A DNA stretch of 64,000 nt from Bacteroidales bacterium (GTDB lineage Bacteria; Bacteroidota; Bacteroidia; Bacteroidales; WCHB1-69), in contig JAGCXN010000028.1 of NCBI GenBank assembly GCA_017961265.1, positions 77,874 through 141,873 on the forward strand, in the 5' to 3' direction. Of the stretch, positions 1-8,779 are shown piece after piece. Position 1 is the stretch's first letter. Each line of letters opens with the position of its first letter. Position numbers and translations under genes: made by a program. The notes beneath the pieces were generated by a model. It searched no databases. It was not told where the DNA came from and was given only the letters and a program-made list of their open reading frames with translations.

Positions 1-125
1 TTCGCCGGTTCTTCCTCCATTTCGTCAGTGACGGTCTCTTCCGTTGACAAATTGTCAGTTTCGGGAGTGTCGGGAACTTCTACATTTTCCTCCTTCGGGT
101 CAAGATTTTCTTCGTTCGTGTTCAT
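1..125 (-). CDS. partial CDS (N-terminal 41 codons) of an unidentified acidic protein; continues past window start
   Basis: ATG at 125-123 on the minus strand opens a stop-free frame to base 1 (MNTNEENLDPKEENVEVPDTPETDNLSTEETVTDEMEEEPA). Too short for the ORF track; no family recognised. Confidence 0.25.
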   Translation of the reverse strand, partial: MNTNEENLDPKEENVEVPDTPETDNLSTEETVTDEMEEEPA

Positions 126-250
126 AGTATATTTATTTTTAATTATTTACAAAATACAAATAGCAATACTTCCGGAATGACTCACATCTGTTCCGGAAAG
201 ACAAATCTGCTATTGCAATAAGTTTGCCATAGGAGACGACTGACAAAACG

Positions 251-874
251 TCATATTTTTAGCCACTTTTTTTCGCATACATCTTCTTCTTTAGGTAAAA
301 GATACGTGTGCAGCCCCGTCTGTTTTGCACCCTCTATGTGGCGGATGGTATCGTCAATAAAAAGCGTTTCATCTGGGTTAATACCAGCTTCCTCAAGGAC
401 GAACTGAAAAGCCTCGACCTTGGGCTTCCGCAAATGAATTTCGTGAGAAAAAAAGTATTTCTTGAAATAGCATTCAAAGATGTTATAACCATATTTTTCC
501 TGAAGAAGCACAGAAAACTTGTCGCAGTTCAGTTGGTTGGTATTGCTGAAAAGATATAGATTGTACTGGTTTTTTAGCTCTTCCAACATCTTAATGCGAT
601 GTTCGGGCACATCAATGATGATGGCGTTCCATGCGTCTTCAATTTGCTGGTCGGTCATGGGTGCATCGGTCAGCGTGCGGATATAGTCTCGGAATTCGGG
701 GACAGAGATTTTTCCTTCCTCAAAAAGGTCGATTGGGCCGGACTGTGCCGCTTGGGTAAAGTGGGTATCAAAGTCGGTGAAGCCAAGGCGTGCAAAGGCT
801 TCCGGCACGTTCTGATAGCGGATGTCGTACAAGACTCCGCCGAGGTCAAAGAGAATATTCTTAATCATCGTCAT
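251..874 (-). CDS. HAD-superfamily hydrolase/phosphatase
   Basis: 207-aa ORF. HAD motif I context ILFDLGGVL at the N-terminus and motif IV LFIDD. Overlaps the upstream gene by 14 nt. Confidence 0.8.
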   Translation of the reverse strand: MTMIKNILFDLGGVLYDIRYQNVPEAFARLGFTDFDTHFTQAAQSGPIDLFEEGKISVPEFRDYIRTLTDAPMTDQQIEDAWNAIIIDVPEHRIKMLEELKNQYNLYLFSNTNQLNCDKFSVLLQEKYGYNIFECYFKKYFFSHEIHLRKPKVEAFQFVLEEAGINPDETLFIDDTIRHIEGAKQTGLHTYLLPKEEDVCEKKWLKI

Positions 875-1502
875 TATTTATAAAAGCTTGAAAAACAACC
901 ACATCACCCTCATCGTGCAGTTCAATGGTGAACGCATCCGACTCGGTGACGTTGAGGGTACCTTCCCAAAGTCGGGCAAATCTGCGAAGACAAGCAGGGT
1001 ATTTGAGTCCGTGATAGGTAATGCGGGTTTCGGGGGTGAAGCTAAACACCGACACGGGCTGTCCGACGCGGCAGGTCAAGGTCGTTGTTTGGTGAATAGG
1101 TGTGAAGATTCCATAGTTTGTCACCATCACCACTTCGAATTTTCGGGAGTAGCCAACTAACAGACTGATATTTCCGAGCAGATGGTCTTCACGCCGCCCG
1201 CCCCCACCAAGGATGGCAAAACGCCTTACGCCCTGCGCTTCGCAGTAGTTGACGGCTTTTGTCAGATCGTTGTAATCCTCACTTTTGTCGGGACAGATGC
1301 GGTCGGCGAACCGCGCCGCCAGTTCGGGCGTGATGGAGTCGCCGTCGCCCACGATAACCGTCGGCTCTGCGCCAAGCGACACCACGCTGCCCACCGCGCC
1401 ATCGCAGCAGACGACCGTGCGTGCCTCGCGGAGCAGCCTCAGGGCTTCGGGATGGGCGGGCGGTTCGCCGTTGGCCACGATGACAGTGTCGTATTGCAGC
1501 AT
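861..1502 (-). CDS. thiamine diphosphokinase
   Basis: 213-aa ORF with a thiamine pyrophosphokinase-like pattern (VIVANGE, VVCCDGA, VGDGDS, GGGGRREDH). Confidence 0.7.
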   Translation of the reverse strand: MLQYDTVIVANGEPPAHPEALRLLREARTVVCCDGAVGSVVSLGAEPTVIVGDGDSITPELAARFADRICPDKSEDYNDLTKAVNYCEAQGVRRFAILGGGGRREDHLLGNISLLVGYSRKFEVVMVTNYGIFTPIHQTTTLTCRVGQPVSVFSFTPETRITYHGLKYPACLRRFARLWEGTLNVTESDAFTIELHDEGDVVVFQAFINNDDD

Positions 1503-1511
1503 AGTTCGTTC

Positions 1512-2126
1512 CTATTTTTTTAAGATGGAAAACAGGGTTTTGAAAATTAACCGTAGGTCTTCCAAAACTGACTGGTTCTCAATATATTTTAGGTTCAATT
1601 CGAGCTTGGCCGGCATAATCTCCTCAATATAGGTGCGGTCGGGGTCGGAGCTACGGGCAAGCAGTTCGTTTTCAGAGATGTACTCGATGGAGGCGTAATC
1701 AGTGAGGCCGGGGCGTACGGACAAAACCTGCCGTTGCCGATCGTTGTAAAGAGCTACATACTTCGGCACTTCCGGCCTCGGGCCAACGATACTCATATCC
1801 CCCTTGATGATGTTGAGGAACTGCGGAAGTTCATCGATTTTGTATTTGCGCAGGAAGCGTCCGATGCGGGTGACGCGGCTGTCTTCCCCGACCGTTATCA
1901 GCCCTCCAACCTTGTCGGCATCCTGCCGCATCGTACGGAATTTCAGCAATTTGAACTCCTTTCCGTCGCGACCCACGCGGGTTTGGCGATAAAGGGCGCC
2001 TCCTTTGGAACCGCACGCGACCAGCAGGCCGATGCAGAGCCAGAAGGGGCATAAAATCACCACCGCCGCGACGCAAGCGACGATATCAAAAGTCCGTTTC
2101 GTAATTTTACCGCCCGTTGTCAACAC
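1512..2126 (-). CDS. small monotopic sugar transferase (phosphoglycosyl transferase, WbaP/EpsL-like catalytic domain)
   Basis: 204-aa ORF. One N-terminal hydrophobic helix, then the bacterial sugar-transferase signature KFRTM...DELPQFLNIIKGDMSIVGPRP. Confidence 0.85.
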   Translation of the reverse strand: MLTTGGKITKRTFDIVACVAAVVILCPFWLCIGLLVACGSKGGALYRQTRVGRDGKEFKLLKFRTMRQDADKVGGLITVGEDSRVTRIGRFLRKYKIDELPQFLNIIKGDMSIVGPRPEVPKYVALYNDRQRQVLSVRPGLTDYASIEYISENELLARSSDPDRTYIEEIMPAKLELNLKYIENQSVLEDLRLIFKTLFSILKK

Positions 2127-2129
2127 TTG

Positions 2130-3632
2130 CTATTCGTTGTATTTGTACTGGTCACGGGCATTGCCACCCCAATACTCCTCCGGCGTGAGAATGTCGGGGT
2201 TGGAATTCGGACTGAGTCTCTTTACGAGCTTCATCTGCCATGCGGGGTCGTTGATTTCGCCGATCAGGTCAGAATGTAGCAACTCGTAGTTGTTGGAGAT
2301 GAGGTCCCTGTTATAGAAGATGAACTTGATATTGGTCTGTCCGGCGAGGGTGTAGTAGTGCCAAATCTCGTACGGATACGCCTGCGGGTCGTAGGGTACC
2401 TCATCGATATGGGTGGGCGGACCATATTTCAGATAAACACGGCCACGATCGGTCCGATACCCTTGAATCACCTTACTTCCGTAGCGTCTTTGTACAAAAT
2501 CGACTTTGGCCTTATACTCCTTCCATGCCCCTTCAGGGTCGTTTTCGTTACGTTTTGCCCAAAAGCTGTAAAAATATTTCTGGAGCTGGTCTATCGGCAC
2601 TTTCTTCATCCGCTGCAGGAAAAACTCCTGTTCCATCCGCGTACCGATGGGATAAAGGCAGGCCACATCCTCCTGGAGTTGCTTGAGATCCGTCATCTTT
2701 TCCACGAAAGTGTTCGTGACGACCACATCGTCGTAATGCTTGAGATCAAGTTTGACGGAAGGGTTGTTGCGCTGGAAGAAGCTGCTGGCAGAAGCGAGCA
2801 CAGTGGAATCCTGATCCATCACCACCACGATGACATTATAGTTACCTGACGGCAGCTGATACAGATTAAACTGGTGAAGGAACAACACTCGGGGTGCGGT
2901 CTTCAAATTTTTGTAAGTGATATTCTCAGGCAAAGCGGTACGATACTGCTCCGCAGGTGCTATATAGCTTTGCACAATGAACTCCCCTCCCCTTCCAAGC
3001 ATCTTTTCAGTATTATAGATTTCTACTGTAATTGGCAGTGCATAAACATTTTCAGGAGCATACTGGTTGAAAAGCGGGGTGGCGGCGAACCCATATTTTT
3101 CAAAAATGCCGTCTTCACCGCTCGCATCCAAATGGCGCCAAAGTGAAATATTGGAGATTGAAACTTTGTCCATAGGGAAGTTTGCCGTCAGCAGGTCGAT
3201 GTAGCGGATAGTGTCCTGCTTGTTGCGGTCGGTGATGTTGAAATAGAGCATATAGTCACCATTGGCAATTCGCACGTTCTGGATGTCGCTGAAGAACGGC
3301 TTTCCTGTCGCCACCGAATCTTCGAACTCATCGCTAAGCAGGATATAATGCAGATTTTCTACGAGAGTATCTGTAGTACGGTCATTGACGGACACTTGTA
3401 TCTCAATTTGGGCATTATACTTTCCCCGCTCGTTGCGGACATATTTCACTGTTTTTCCATTGACCAAAAACTGGAACTCAATATAAGGTTCCATCTCACT
3501 GGTACAATAGGCGTTAAAGTTCACCACACAGGAGAGTCTCGGCTCATCCACGGTCTTTTTGTCGTTCTTCTTTTGAGCGAAAGAAGCTGTAAAAATCAGA
3601 AAAACACTGAAAAACAATAAGATTTTTTTCAT
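2130..3632 (-). CDS. GWxTD domain-containing secreted protein (function unknown)
   Basis: 500-aa ORF with signal peptide MKKILLFFSVFLIFTASFAQ. C-terminal GWxTD-type motif GYRTDRGRVYLKYGPP. Confidence 0.7.
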   Translation of the reverse strand: MKKILLFFSVFLIFTASFAQKKNDKKTVDEPRLSCVVNFNAYCTSEMEPYIEFQFLVNGKTVKYVRNERGKYNAQIEIQVSVNDRTTDTLVENLHYILLSDEFEDSVATGKPFFSDIQNVRIANGDYMLYFNITDRNKQDTIRYIDLLTANFPMDKVSISNISLWRHLDASGEDGIFEKYGFAATPLFNQYAPENVYALPITVEIYNTEKMLGRGGEFIVQSYIAPAEQYRTALPENITYKNLKTAPRVLFLHQFNLYQLPSGNYNVIVVVMDQDSTVLASASSFFQRNNPSVKLDLKHYDDVVVTNTFVEKMTDLKQLQEDVACLYPIGTRMEQEFFLQRMKKVPIDQLQKYFYSFWAKRNENDPEGAWKEYKAKVDFVQRRYGSKVIQGYRTDRGRVYLKYGPPTHIDEVPYDPQAYPYEIWHYYTLAGQTNIKFIFYNRDLISNNYELLHSDLIGEINDPAWQMKLVKRLSPNSNPDILTPEEYWGGNARDQYKYNE

Positions 3633-3641
3633 AGTTCAGAT

Positions 3642-5330
3642 TTATTTGTTGAGGATTCCGACCATGCAAACAAAAGAGGTATTGAAGTCATGATCAGTGA
3701 CTTTCAGGAGGGCAATGGCATAATTCCTGCCCGCCGGCACTTTCGGCAGCTTCACCTTGACCGCGCCAGTGGACTTTTTCATCTTGAAAGTTTTGATAGC
3801 ACCGGTATTCTCGCCCGCCAACTGCACCTCGATGTCAAATTCAGGAGAATTTTTGGAAGAATTATAGTAGAGTTTCATCGTCCCCCCCTTGCAAACAGCA
3901 CGTTCCGGAAGAATGGTGACATCGTCATTGCTGTCGAACTGGGCCAAAAAATCGTATGCATAGATGAAATTTGTAATACCATAACCCAGTTGCTTGTCCG
4001 GATGAGCGGAGTTTGCACCTGCGAGCCGAACAGCGTGAATTACCTGATCGGCAGAGCGGTGCGGGAACAACTGCCACAAACAGGCGGTCATACCGCAAAG
4101 AATTGGAGAAGAGAAGGAGGTGCCGTACGAGAGGTCAGTTTGTCCGCTTTCACGGGCAACTACAGCTTGGGAGCCCACGGCGGCGGCATCCGGTTTGACA
4201 CGATTGTCGGAGGTAGGGCCATAGGAGGAGAAGGGTGAGGCCTCACCTTGATGGTCCACGCCGCCGACCGTCAACACATCCTTTGCATCGGCGGGACAAG
4301 TGATATACTTCCACGGATCATCACCCTCATTACCCGCACTGACACAGACGATAATGCCCTTACTTACAGCGATGTCGGCAGCCAGGGTAGCACGGCTGGT
4401 TTCACCGTCTAAATCTTTGTATTTGTATGATTTGGATTTATCATCAAATTTGTAATAGCCCAGCGATGAGTTGATAAGGTCACAGCCGAGGCTGTCAGCC
4501 AGTTCTGCACCTGCCACCCAGTTATCCTCTTCAATCTTGTTCTCGCTTCGCCCGTCTTCCGTCTGCGCGAGGTAGTAGATGGCCTTTGGTGCAGTCCCCA
4601 TCATCTCCTCCTCTTTATACCCAGCCATACACGATAGAGTCATTGTGCCATGCGTGCCCTCTACAAAAACTGAACGCCCCGGTTGCACAAAATTGCGGGT
4701 ACCGATGAGTCTTCCTTCATTGCGAAGTGCCTCAAAATGAGGTATTACATCAGCATTTTCAAAACCACCGTCCAGCACCATAATGAACATTCCTTCACCA
4801 TGAGCACCCATACGGTGCAACCATTGCGCACGGTTGATATTCGTCTGCGAATACGAATAGCCATAGTCCAAATCTTTCCCATTTTCAATTTTGAGCACCT
4901 CCGTGGTCTTGGCTGGCGGTGCATACGAAGCGCGAGGGTAGTCAAAATCCTCCTCGCTGTCCATTGTAATGGTACACTCCGCACCTGACACAAACGGGAG
5001 TTTCAAAATTTCGTCCAAAATATTTTCTTCCTCAGAATAAACCGTCACACCATTCAGCCATTTCGACTTAGTAAACAGTACCATCGTCTTATCAATAGCC
5101 AGTAGTTGCTGGATATAACTCTCATTGACAGGCAAATCCTGCTCCGTAATGGGAATATTGAACCGCTGGCGCTTTTCTATAGCGCGGGGGGACAGAAACT
5201 GTTCCGGACGGTCAATAGAATATGGGGAATCCTTCTTGTCCTTGAACTCCACCCAGTATTTCGCAGGGTGTTGTGCCGACAGCGCCAGCGAGAAAACTAT
5301 CAATAGAAAGAGGATAACAACTTTTTTCAT
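3642..5330 (-). CDS. S8 family (subtilisin-like) serine peptidase, secreted
   Basis: 562-aa ORF with a signal peptide. Catalytic triad contexts VLDGGF (Asp), EGTHGT (His), GTSFSSP (Ser). Confidence 0.85.
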   Translation of the reverse strand: MKKVVILFLLIVFSLALSAQHPAKYWVEFKDKKDSPYSIDRPEQFLSPRAIEKRQRFNIPITEQDLPVNESYIQQLLAIDKTMVLFTKSKWLNGVTVYSEEENILDEILKLPFVSGAECTITMDSEEDFDYPRASYAPPAKTTEVLKIENGKDLDYGYSYSQTNINRAQWLHRMGAHGEGMFIMVLDGGFENADVIPHFEALRNEGRLIGTRNFVQPGRSVFVEGTHGTMTLSCMAGYKEEEMMGTAPKAIYYLAQTEDGRSENKIEEDNWVAGAELADSLGCDLINSSLGYYKFDDKSKSYKYKDLDGETSRATLAADIAVSKGIIVCVSAGNEGDDPWKYITCPADAKDVLTVGGVDHQGEASPFSSYGPTSDNRVKPDAAAVGSQAVVARESGQTDLSYGTSFSSPILCGMTACLWQLFPHRSADQVIHAVRLAGANSAHPDKQLGYGITNFIYAYDFLAQFDSNDDVTILPERAVCKGGTMKLYYNSSKNSPEFDIEVQLAGENTGAIKTFKMKKSTGAVKVKLPKVPAGRNYAIALLKVTDHDFNTSFVCMVGILNK

Positions 5331-5400
5331 ATGCCTTCTGTTTTTACAAAAACGTAAATACGACGGAATAAAACGAGTTTTTTACAATATTATTATAAAA

Positions 5401-5443
5401 GTGAAAAGTAGAAGGTAAAAAGTATAAAGTAATAAAGTATCAG
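5401..5443 (+). repeat. degenerate heptamer array (GTRNAAR)x6, purine-rich, C-free
   Basis: gtgaaaa gtagaag gtaaaaa gtataaa gtaataaa gtatcag. No C between 5386 and 5440. Confidence 0.8.
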
Positions 5444-5469
5444 GAGGAAAGAATGATAATAATTTTGCG

Positions 5470-5477
5470 TAAGTTTG
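5470..5477 (+). promoter_or_regulatory. -7 promoter box TAAGTTTG (Bacteroides consensus TAnnTTTG)
   Basis: Ends 20 nt before ATG 5498 of the TPR/PD40 gene. Confidence 0.45.
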
Positions 5478-5497
5478 CACTTTCTTATTACGCGCCC

Positions 5498-7072
5498 ATG
5501 CAAACTCATAAGCATCTAATTCTTAATATTATAACTACAATTATCGTATTATTTTGTCCATTTCTCCTTTCAGCACAGGGCGGACTTTTCACCGATGATG
5601 CCACAGCGCGTGCCGTTTTCTATTCAGGAAATATGCACGAAGCGGTGAAGCATTTTGACGAGCTTCTCCGTATTGACTCAATGAATTACGAGTACAATAT
5701 GTTATGCGGCTATGCCTATTTGAACTCCAATGTGGACAAAAGCCGCGCCATTGTCCGTCTGGAACGGGCACTCAAAAATCCGCGTGCCGACAACCTCCTT
5801 TACTACGACTTAGGGAAAGCCTACATGCTCAACTACCGCTTTGACGATGCCATTGAGGCGTTCAAGACAGCGGCAGCCAAAGGAGTGAAGTTGCAAAAGA
5901 CGGACATCACGCCCGCACGCTACATTGAGATGTGCGAGAATGCGAAAGTGATGATGTCCATCGGTGCCGAGGTAACCATCGAGAATGTCGGCACGGCTGT
6001 CAACAGCGCCTATCCCGACTACAACGCCTTCATCAATGCGGATGAGAACATCCTCTACTTCTCGTCGAAGCAGCAGGGCAATAGCGGCAGCCAGCCCGAC
6101 TTTGACGGCTACAAGATGGCGGATGTCTATTGTGCAGAACGGGTTAACGGCCAATGGCAGCCTGCCAAAAAGTTGCAGGCTCCCGTCAACAGCGGCTTTC
6201 AGGAGGACATCGTCAGCGCGACCAGCGACGGGGAGACGCTGCTGCTGTACTTCAACAATGAGAAGGGGTTCGACGATATTTTCGTCACTCACAAGGAGAA
6301 GAAGCAGTTCACCCGTCCCGAAATCCTGAGCCTCACAGTCAACAGTCCGCAGCGTGAGGAGGCGGCGGCGCTCTCTCCTGACGGCAACTGGATTTTCTTC
6401 TCGTCCGACCGTCCCGGCGGTTTCGGTGGCCTCGACATCTACTTCTCGCGCCGCCTGCCCAACGGAGAATGGAGCAACGCCAAGAATGCCGGACCTTCCG
6501 TCAACACCGAGTACGACGACAGCTACCCCTACCTTGCCCCCGACGGCACGACCTTCTACTTCAGCTCGCAGGGGCACAACAGCATGGGCGGCTTCGACCT
6601 CTTCCGCAGCACATGGAGTCCCGAAGAACAATTCTTCGCTATCCCCGAGAACCTGTCGTTCCCCATCAACACGCCCGATGACAACAAGACCATATCCGTA
6701 ACAAAATCAGGGCGTTATGCCTACATTGCCGACTTCCGCGCAGGCAGCAACGGCGACCTCGACATCTACAAGGTCACCTTCAAGGACGTCCCCGCGCCGT
6801 ATTGTCCCATCCGAGGCATCGTGGCGGACATCGACAGCGCCAACCTGATGTCGGAACTGTCGAAATATCATGTAATTATCCGTGAGGCTGGCACAAAAAA
6901 ACAGGTCGGTCTCTATCGTCCCAACCTCCACGACGGAAGTTTCACCTTCATCCTCCAGCCCGGCTTCTATCTTGTTGATTTTTATATTGACAACAAACTA
7001 AAAAGCACTTCCGAATTGGTGATTGAAGATCGTGAACCCGACCGACATGTGCGGATGGTGGAGTTGAGATAG
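5498..7072 (+). CDS. TPR-repeat plus PD40 (TolB-like beta-propeller repeat) secreted protein
   Basis: ORF track frame 5453-7072. I prefer ATG 5498 (MQTHKHLILNIITTIIVLFCPFLLSAQ is a classical signal peptide), which lies 20 nt after a TAAGTTTG box. PD40-type repeats are SPDGNWIFFSSDRPGGFGGLDIYFS and APDGTTFYFSSQGHNSMGGFDLFRS. The alternative start 5453 is preceded by AGGAGG. Confidence 0.7.
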   Translation: MQTHKHLILNIITTIIVLFCPFLLSAQGGLFTDDATARAVFYSGNMHEAVKHFDELLRIDSMNYEYNMLCGYAYLNSNVDKSRAIVRLERALKNPRADNLLYYDLGKAYMLNYRFDDAIEAFKTAAAKGVKLQKTDITPARYIEMCENAKVMMSIGAEVTIENVGTAVNSAYPDYNAFINADENILYFSSKQQGNSGSQPDFDGYKMADVYCAERVNGQWQPAKKLQAPVNSGFQEDIVSATSDGETLLLYFNNEKGFDDIFVTHKEKKQFTRPEILSLTVNSPQREEAAALSPDGNWIFFSSDRPGGFGGLDIYFSRRLPNGEWSNAKNAGPSVNTEYDDSYPYLAPDGTTFYFSSQGHNSMGGFDLFRSTWSPEEQFFAIPENLSFPINTPDDNKTISVTKSGRYAYIADFRAGSNGDLDIYKVTFKDVPAPYCPIRGIVADIDSANLMSELSKYHVIIREAGTKKQVGLYRPNLHDGSFTFILQPGFYLVDFYIDNKLKSTSELVIEDREPDRHVRMVELR

Positions 7073-7234
7073 TTGCAGGTGCCACACCGCTTTCGATCCG
7101 CATTTCAGAGAAACGAGCTCCCAGTAATTCTACGTCGGAGCATCAGTGGGAGAATATATGCCGCGGTTCAAAGAAACAGATGCGGTCTTCATCGTAGTAT
7201 AAGATTGAGAGTTGTAGAGATTGTAAAATTTCCG

Positions 7235-7242
7235 TACTTTTG
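7235..7242 (+). promoter_or_regulatory. -7 promoter box TACTTTTG
   Basis: Ends 28 nt before ddh ATG 7271. Confidence 0.55.
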
Positions 7243-7270
7243 CACCTCAATTTTTCCAATCCCTTATAGA

Positions 7271-8131
7271 ATGAAAACAAGAATTGCAATTATCGGCTAC
7301 GGCAACATCGGACGTGCCGTGGAACAGGCCGTTTTGGCTTCCGAAGACCTTGAATTAGTGGGCATTTTCCACCATAACGACAATCTTGACAGCGTGGAGG
7401 CCGACGTGGCCGCCCTCTGCACCCCCACCCGCCAAGTCCCCGACTTTGCCGAGAAGCTGCTCGCCCGTGGCATCTCCACCGTTGACAGCTTTGACATTCA
7501 CGGACAGATTTACGGCCTCCGCCAGAAACTGATGCCAGTGGCACGCAACCACAACGCTATCAGCATCATCGCTGCCGGCTGGGATCCGGGCACCGACTCC
7601 GTCGTCCGCACCCTGCTGTTGGCGATGGCCCCCAACGGACTCACTTACACCAATTTCGGCCCTGGTCGTAGCATGGGACACACCGTGGCGGTGAAGGCCA
7701 TCGCCGGGGTGAAGGACGCCCTGTCGATGACCATCCCGTTAGGCACGGGCATCCACCGCCGTATGGTGTATGTGGAGCTGGCTGACGGTGCCGACTTCGC
7801 CACCGTGGAGACGGCCATCCTCAATGACGACTACTTCCGTCACGACGAGACCCACGTGCAGCAGGTTCCTTCGGTCGAGGCGCTCAACAACGTGGCGCAC
7901 GGCGTGAACCTCATCCGTCACGGGGTGAGCGGCGCGACCCACAACCAGCGTTTCGAGTTCAATATGGAAATCAACAACCCCGCCCTCACCGGACAGGTGC
8001 TGGCCGCCTGCGCCCGCGCCGCCGTCCGTCTGCGCAACGACCAGCGGTTCGGAGCCTACACCCTCATCGAAATCCCGCCGATCTACCTGCTCCCCGGCGA
8101 CGAGGAACAGCTGATTCGGAGTCTCGTGTAA
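7271..8131 (+). CDS. ddh: meso-diaminopimelate D-dehydrogenase
   Basis: True start MKTRIAIIGYGNIGR (Rossmann GxGxxG) lies 28 nt after a TACTTTTG box. Ddh-like blocks are AAGWDPGTDS, NFGPGRSMGHTVA and C-terminal YTLIEIPPIYLLPG. The 66-codon upstream extension in the ORF track is rejected. Confidence 0.85.
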   Translation: MKTRIAIIGYGNIGRAVEQAVLASEDLELVGIFHHNDNLDSVEADVAALCTPTRQVPDFAEKLLARGISTVDSFDIHGQIYGLRQKLMPVARNHNAISIIAAGWDPGTDSVVRTLLLAMAPNGLTYTNFGPGRSMGHTVAVKAIAGVKDALSMTIPLGTGIHRRMVYVELADGADFATVETAILNDDYFRHDETHVQQVPSVEALNNVAHGVNLIRHGVSGATHNQRFEFNMEINNPALTGQVLAACARAAVRLRNDQRFGAYTLIEIPPIYLLPGDEEQLIRSLV

Positions 8132-8164
8132 ACTATTTTGCCAAATCTGACGTTTCTACTGTTT

Positions 8165-8773
8165 ATGAGAAAGTTCAATAAGTTCATTCTGAAGCTGATA
8201 GGAATCACGCCCGACTGCGTGAACATTCCGCCCGAAATCGAAAAGTGCGTCTTGATGTTCGCGCCGCACACCAGCTATATCGACTTTGTCATCGGGGCGA
8301 TGTGTATCAACGTGATGGGCTTCAAGGCGACGCTCCTCATCAAGAAGGAGGCCTTCTTCTGGCCGCTCGGACCCATTTTGCGGAAGTGCGGCGGGATGCC
8401 CATCGACCGCAAACACGTCAAGAAGTTCCCCGTCTTCGCCGCCGACTTCATAAAGAAGCAAGACAAGGTGGCGTTCCTCATTGCCCCGGAAGGCACCCGC
8501 AAACTCAATCCCACGTGGAAGAAAGGGTTCTACTTCATCGCGATGGAGGCCGGGGTGCCCATCGTGCCGGGCTATCTCGACTTCCGCACCCGCAAGGGTG
8601 GCGTGCTGCCTGCCTTCTATCCCACCGGCGACTACGAAAAAGACCTTATCGAACTCGAAAAGAACTATTATGGGATGTACGGCTACAACCGCGGCCAGTT
8701 CAACCTGGAGGACCGCAAGCCGTATGCTTGGCCCGAGTGGCTCAAGCCCGGAGACCCCGAATATCAAAAATAA
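8165..8773 (+). CDS. 1-acyl-sn-glycerol-3-phosphate acyltransferase family (PlsC-like)
   Basis: Acyltransferase HX4D motif HTSYID and the APEGTR block. ATG 8165 is preferred over the TTG at 8138. Confidence 0.7.
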   Translation: MRKFNKFILKLIGITPDCVNIPPEIEKCVLMFAPHTSYIDFVIGAMCINVMGFKATLLIKKEAFFWPLGPILRKCGGMPIDRKHVKKFPVFAADFIKKQDKVAFLIAPEGTRKLNPTWKKGFYFIAMEAGVPIVPGYLDFRTRKGGVLPAFYPTGDYEKDLIELEKNYYGMYGYNRGQFNLEDRKPYAWPEWLKPGDPEYQK

Positions 8774-8779
8774 ACCGCT

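Noticed and set aside
5442-5455. AGGAGG five nt upstream of ATG 5453, a possible Shine-Dalgarno-driven start for the TPR/PD40 gene.
   Set aside because: Starting at 5453 adds 15 residues before an already complete signal peptide, and the ATG would lie upstream of the TAAGTTTG box at 5470. Bacteroidota rarely use SD pairing. I keep it as an alternative only, since start-site data would be needed to exclude it.
7073-7270. 66-codon N-terminal extension of the ddh ORF starting at TTG 7073.
   Set aside because: The extension abuts the previous gene's stop codon (ending at 7072) and contains the TACTTTTG promoter box (7235-7242). The canonical Rossmann N-terminus begins at ATG 7271.
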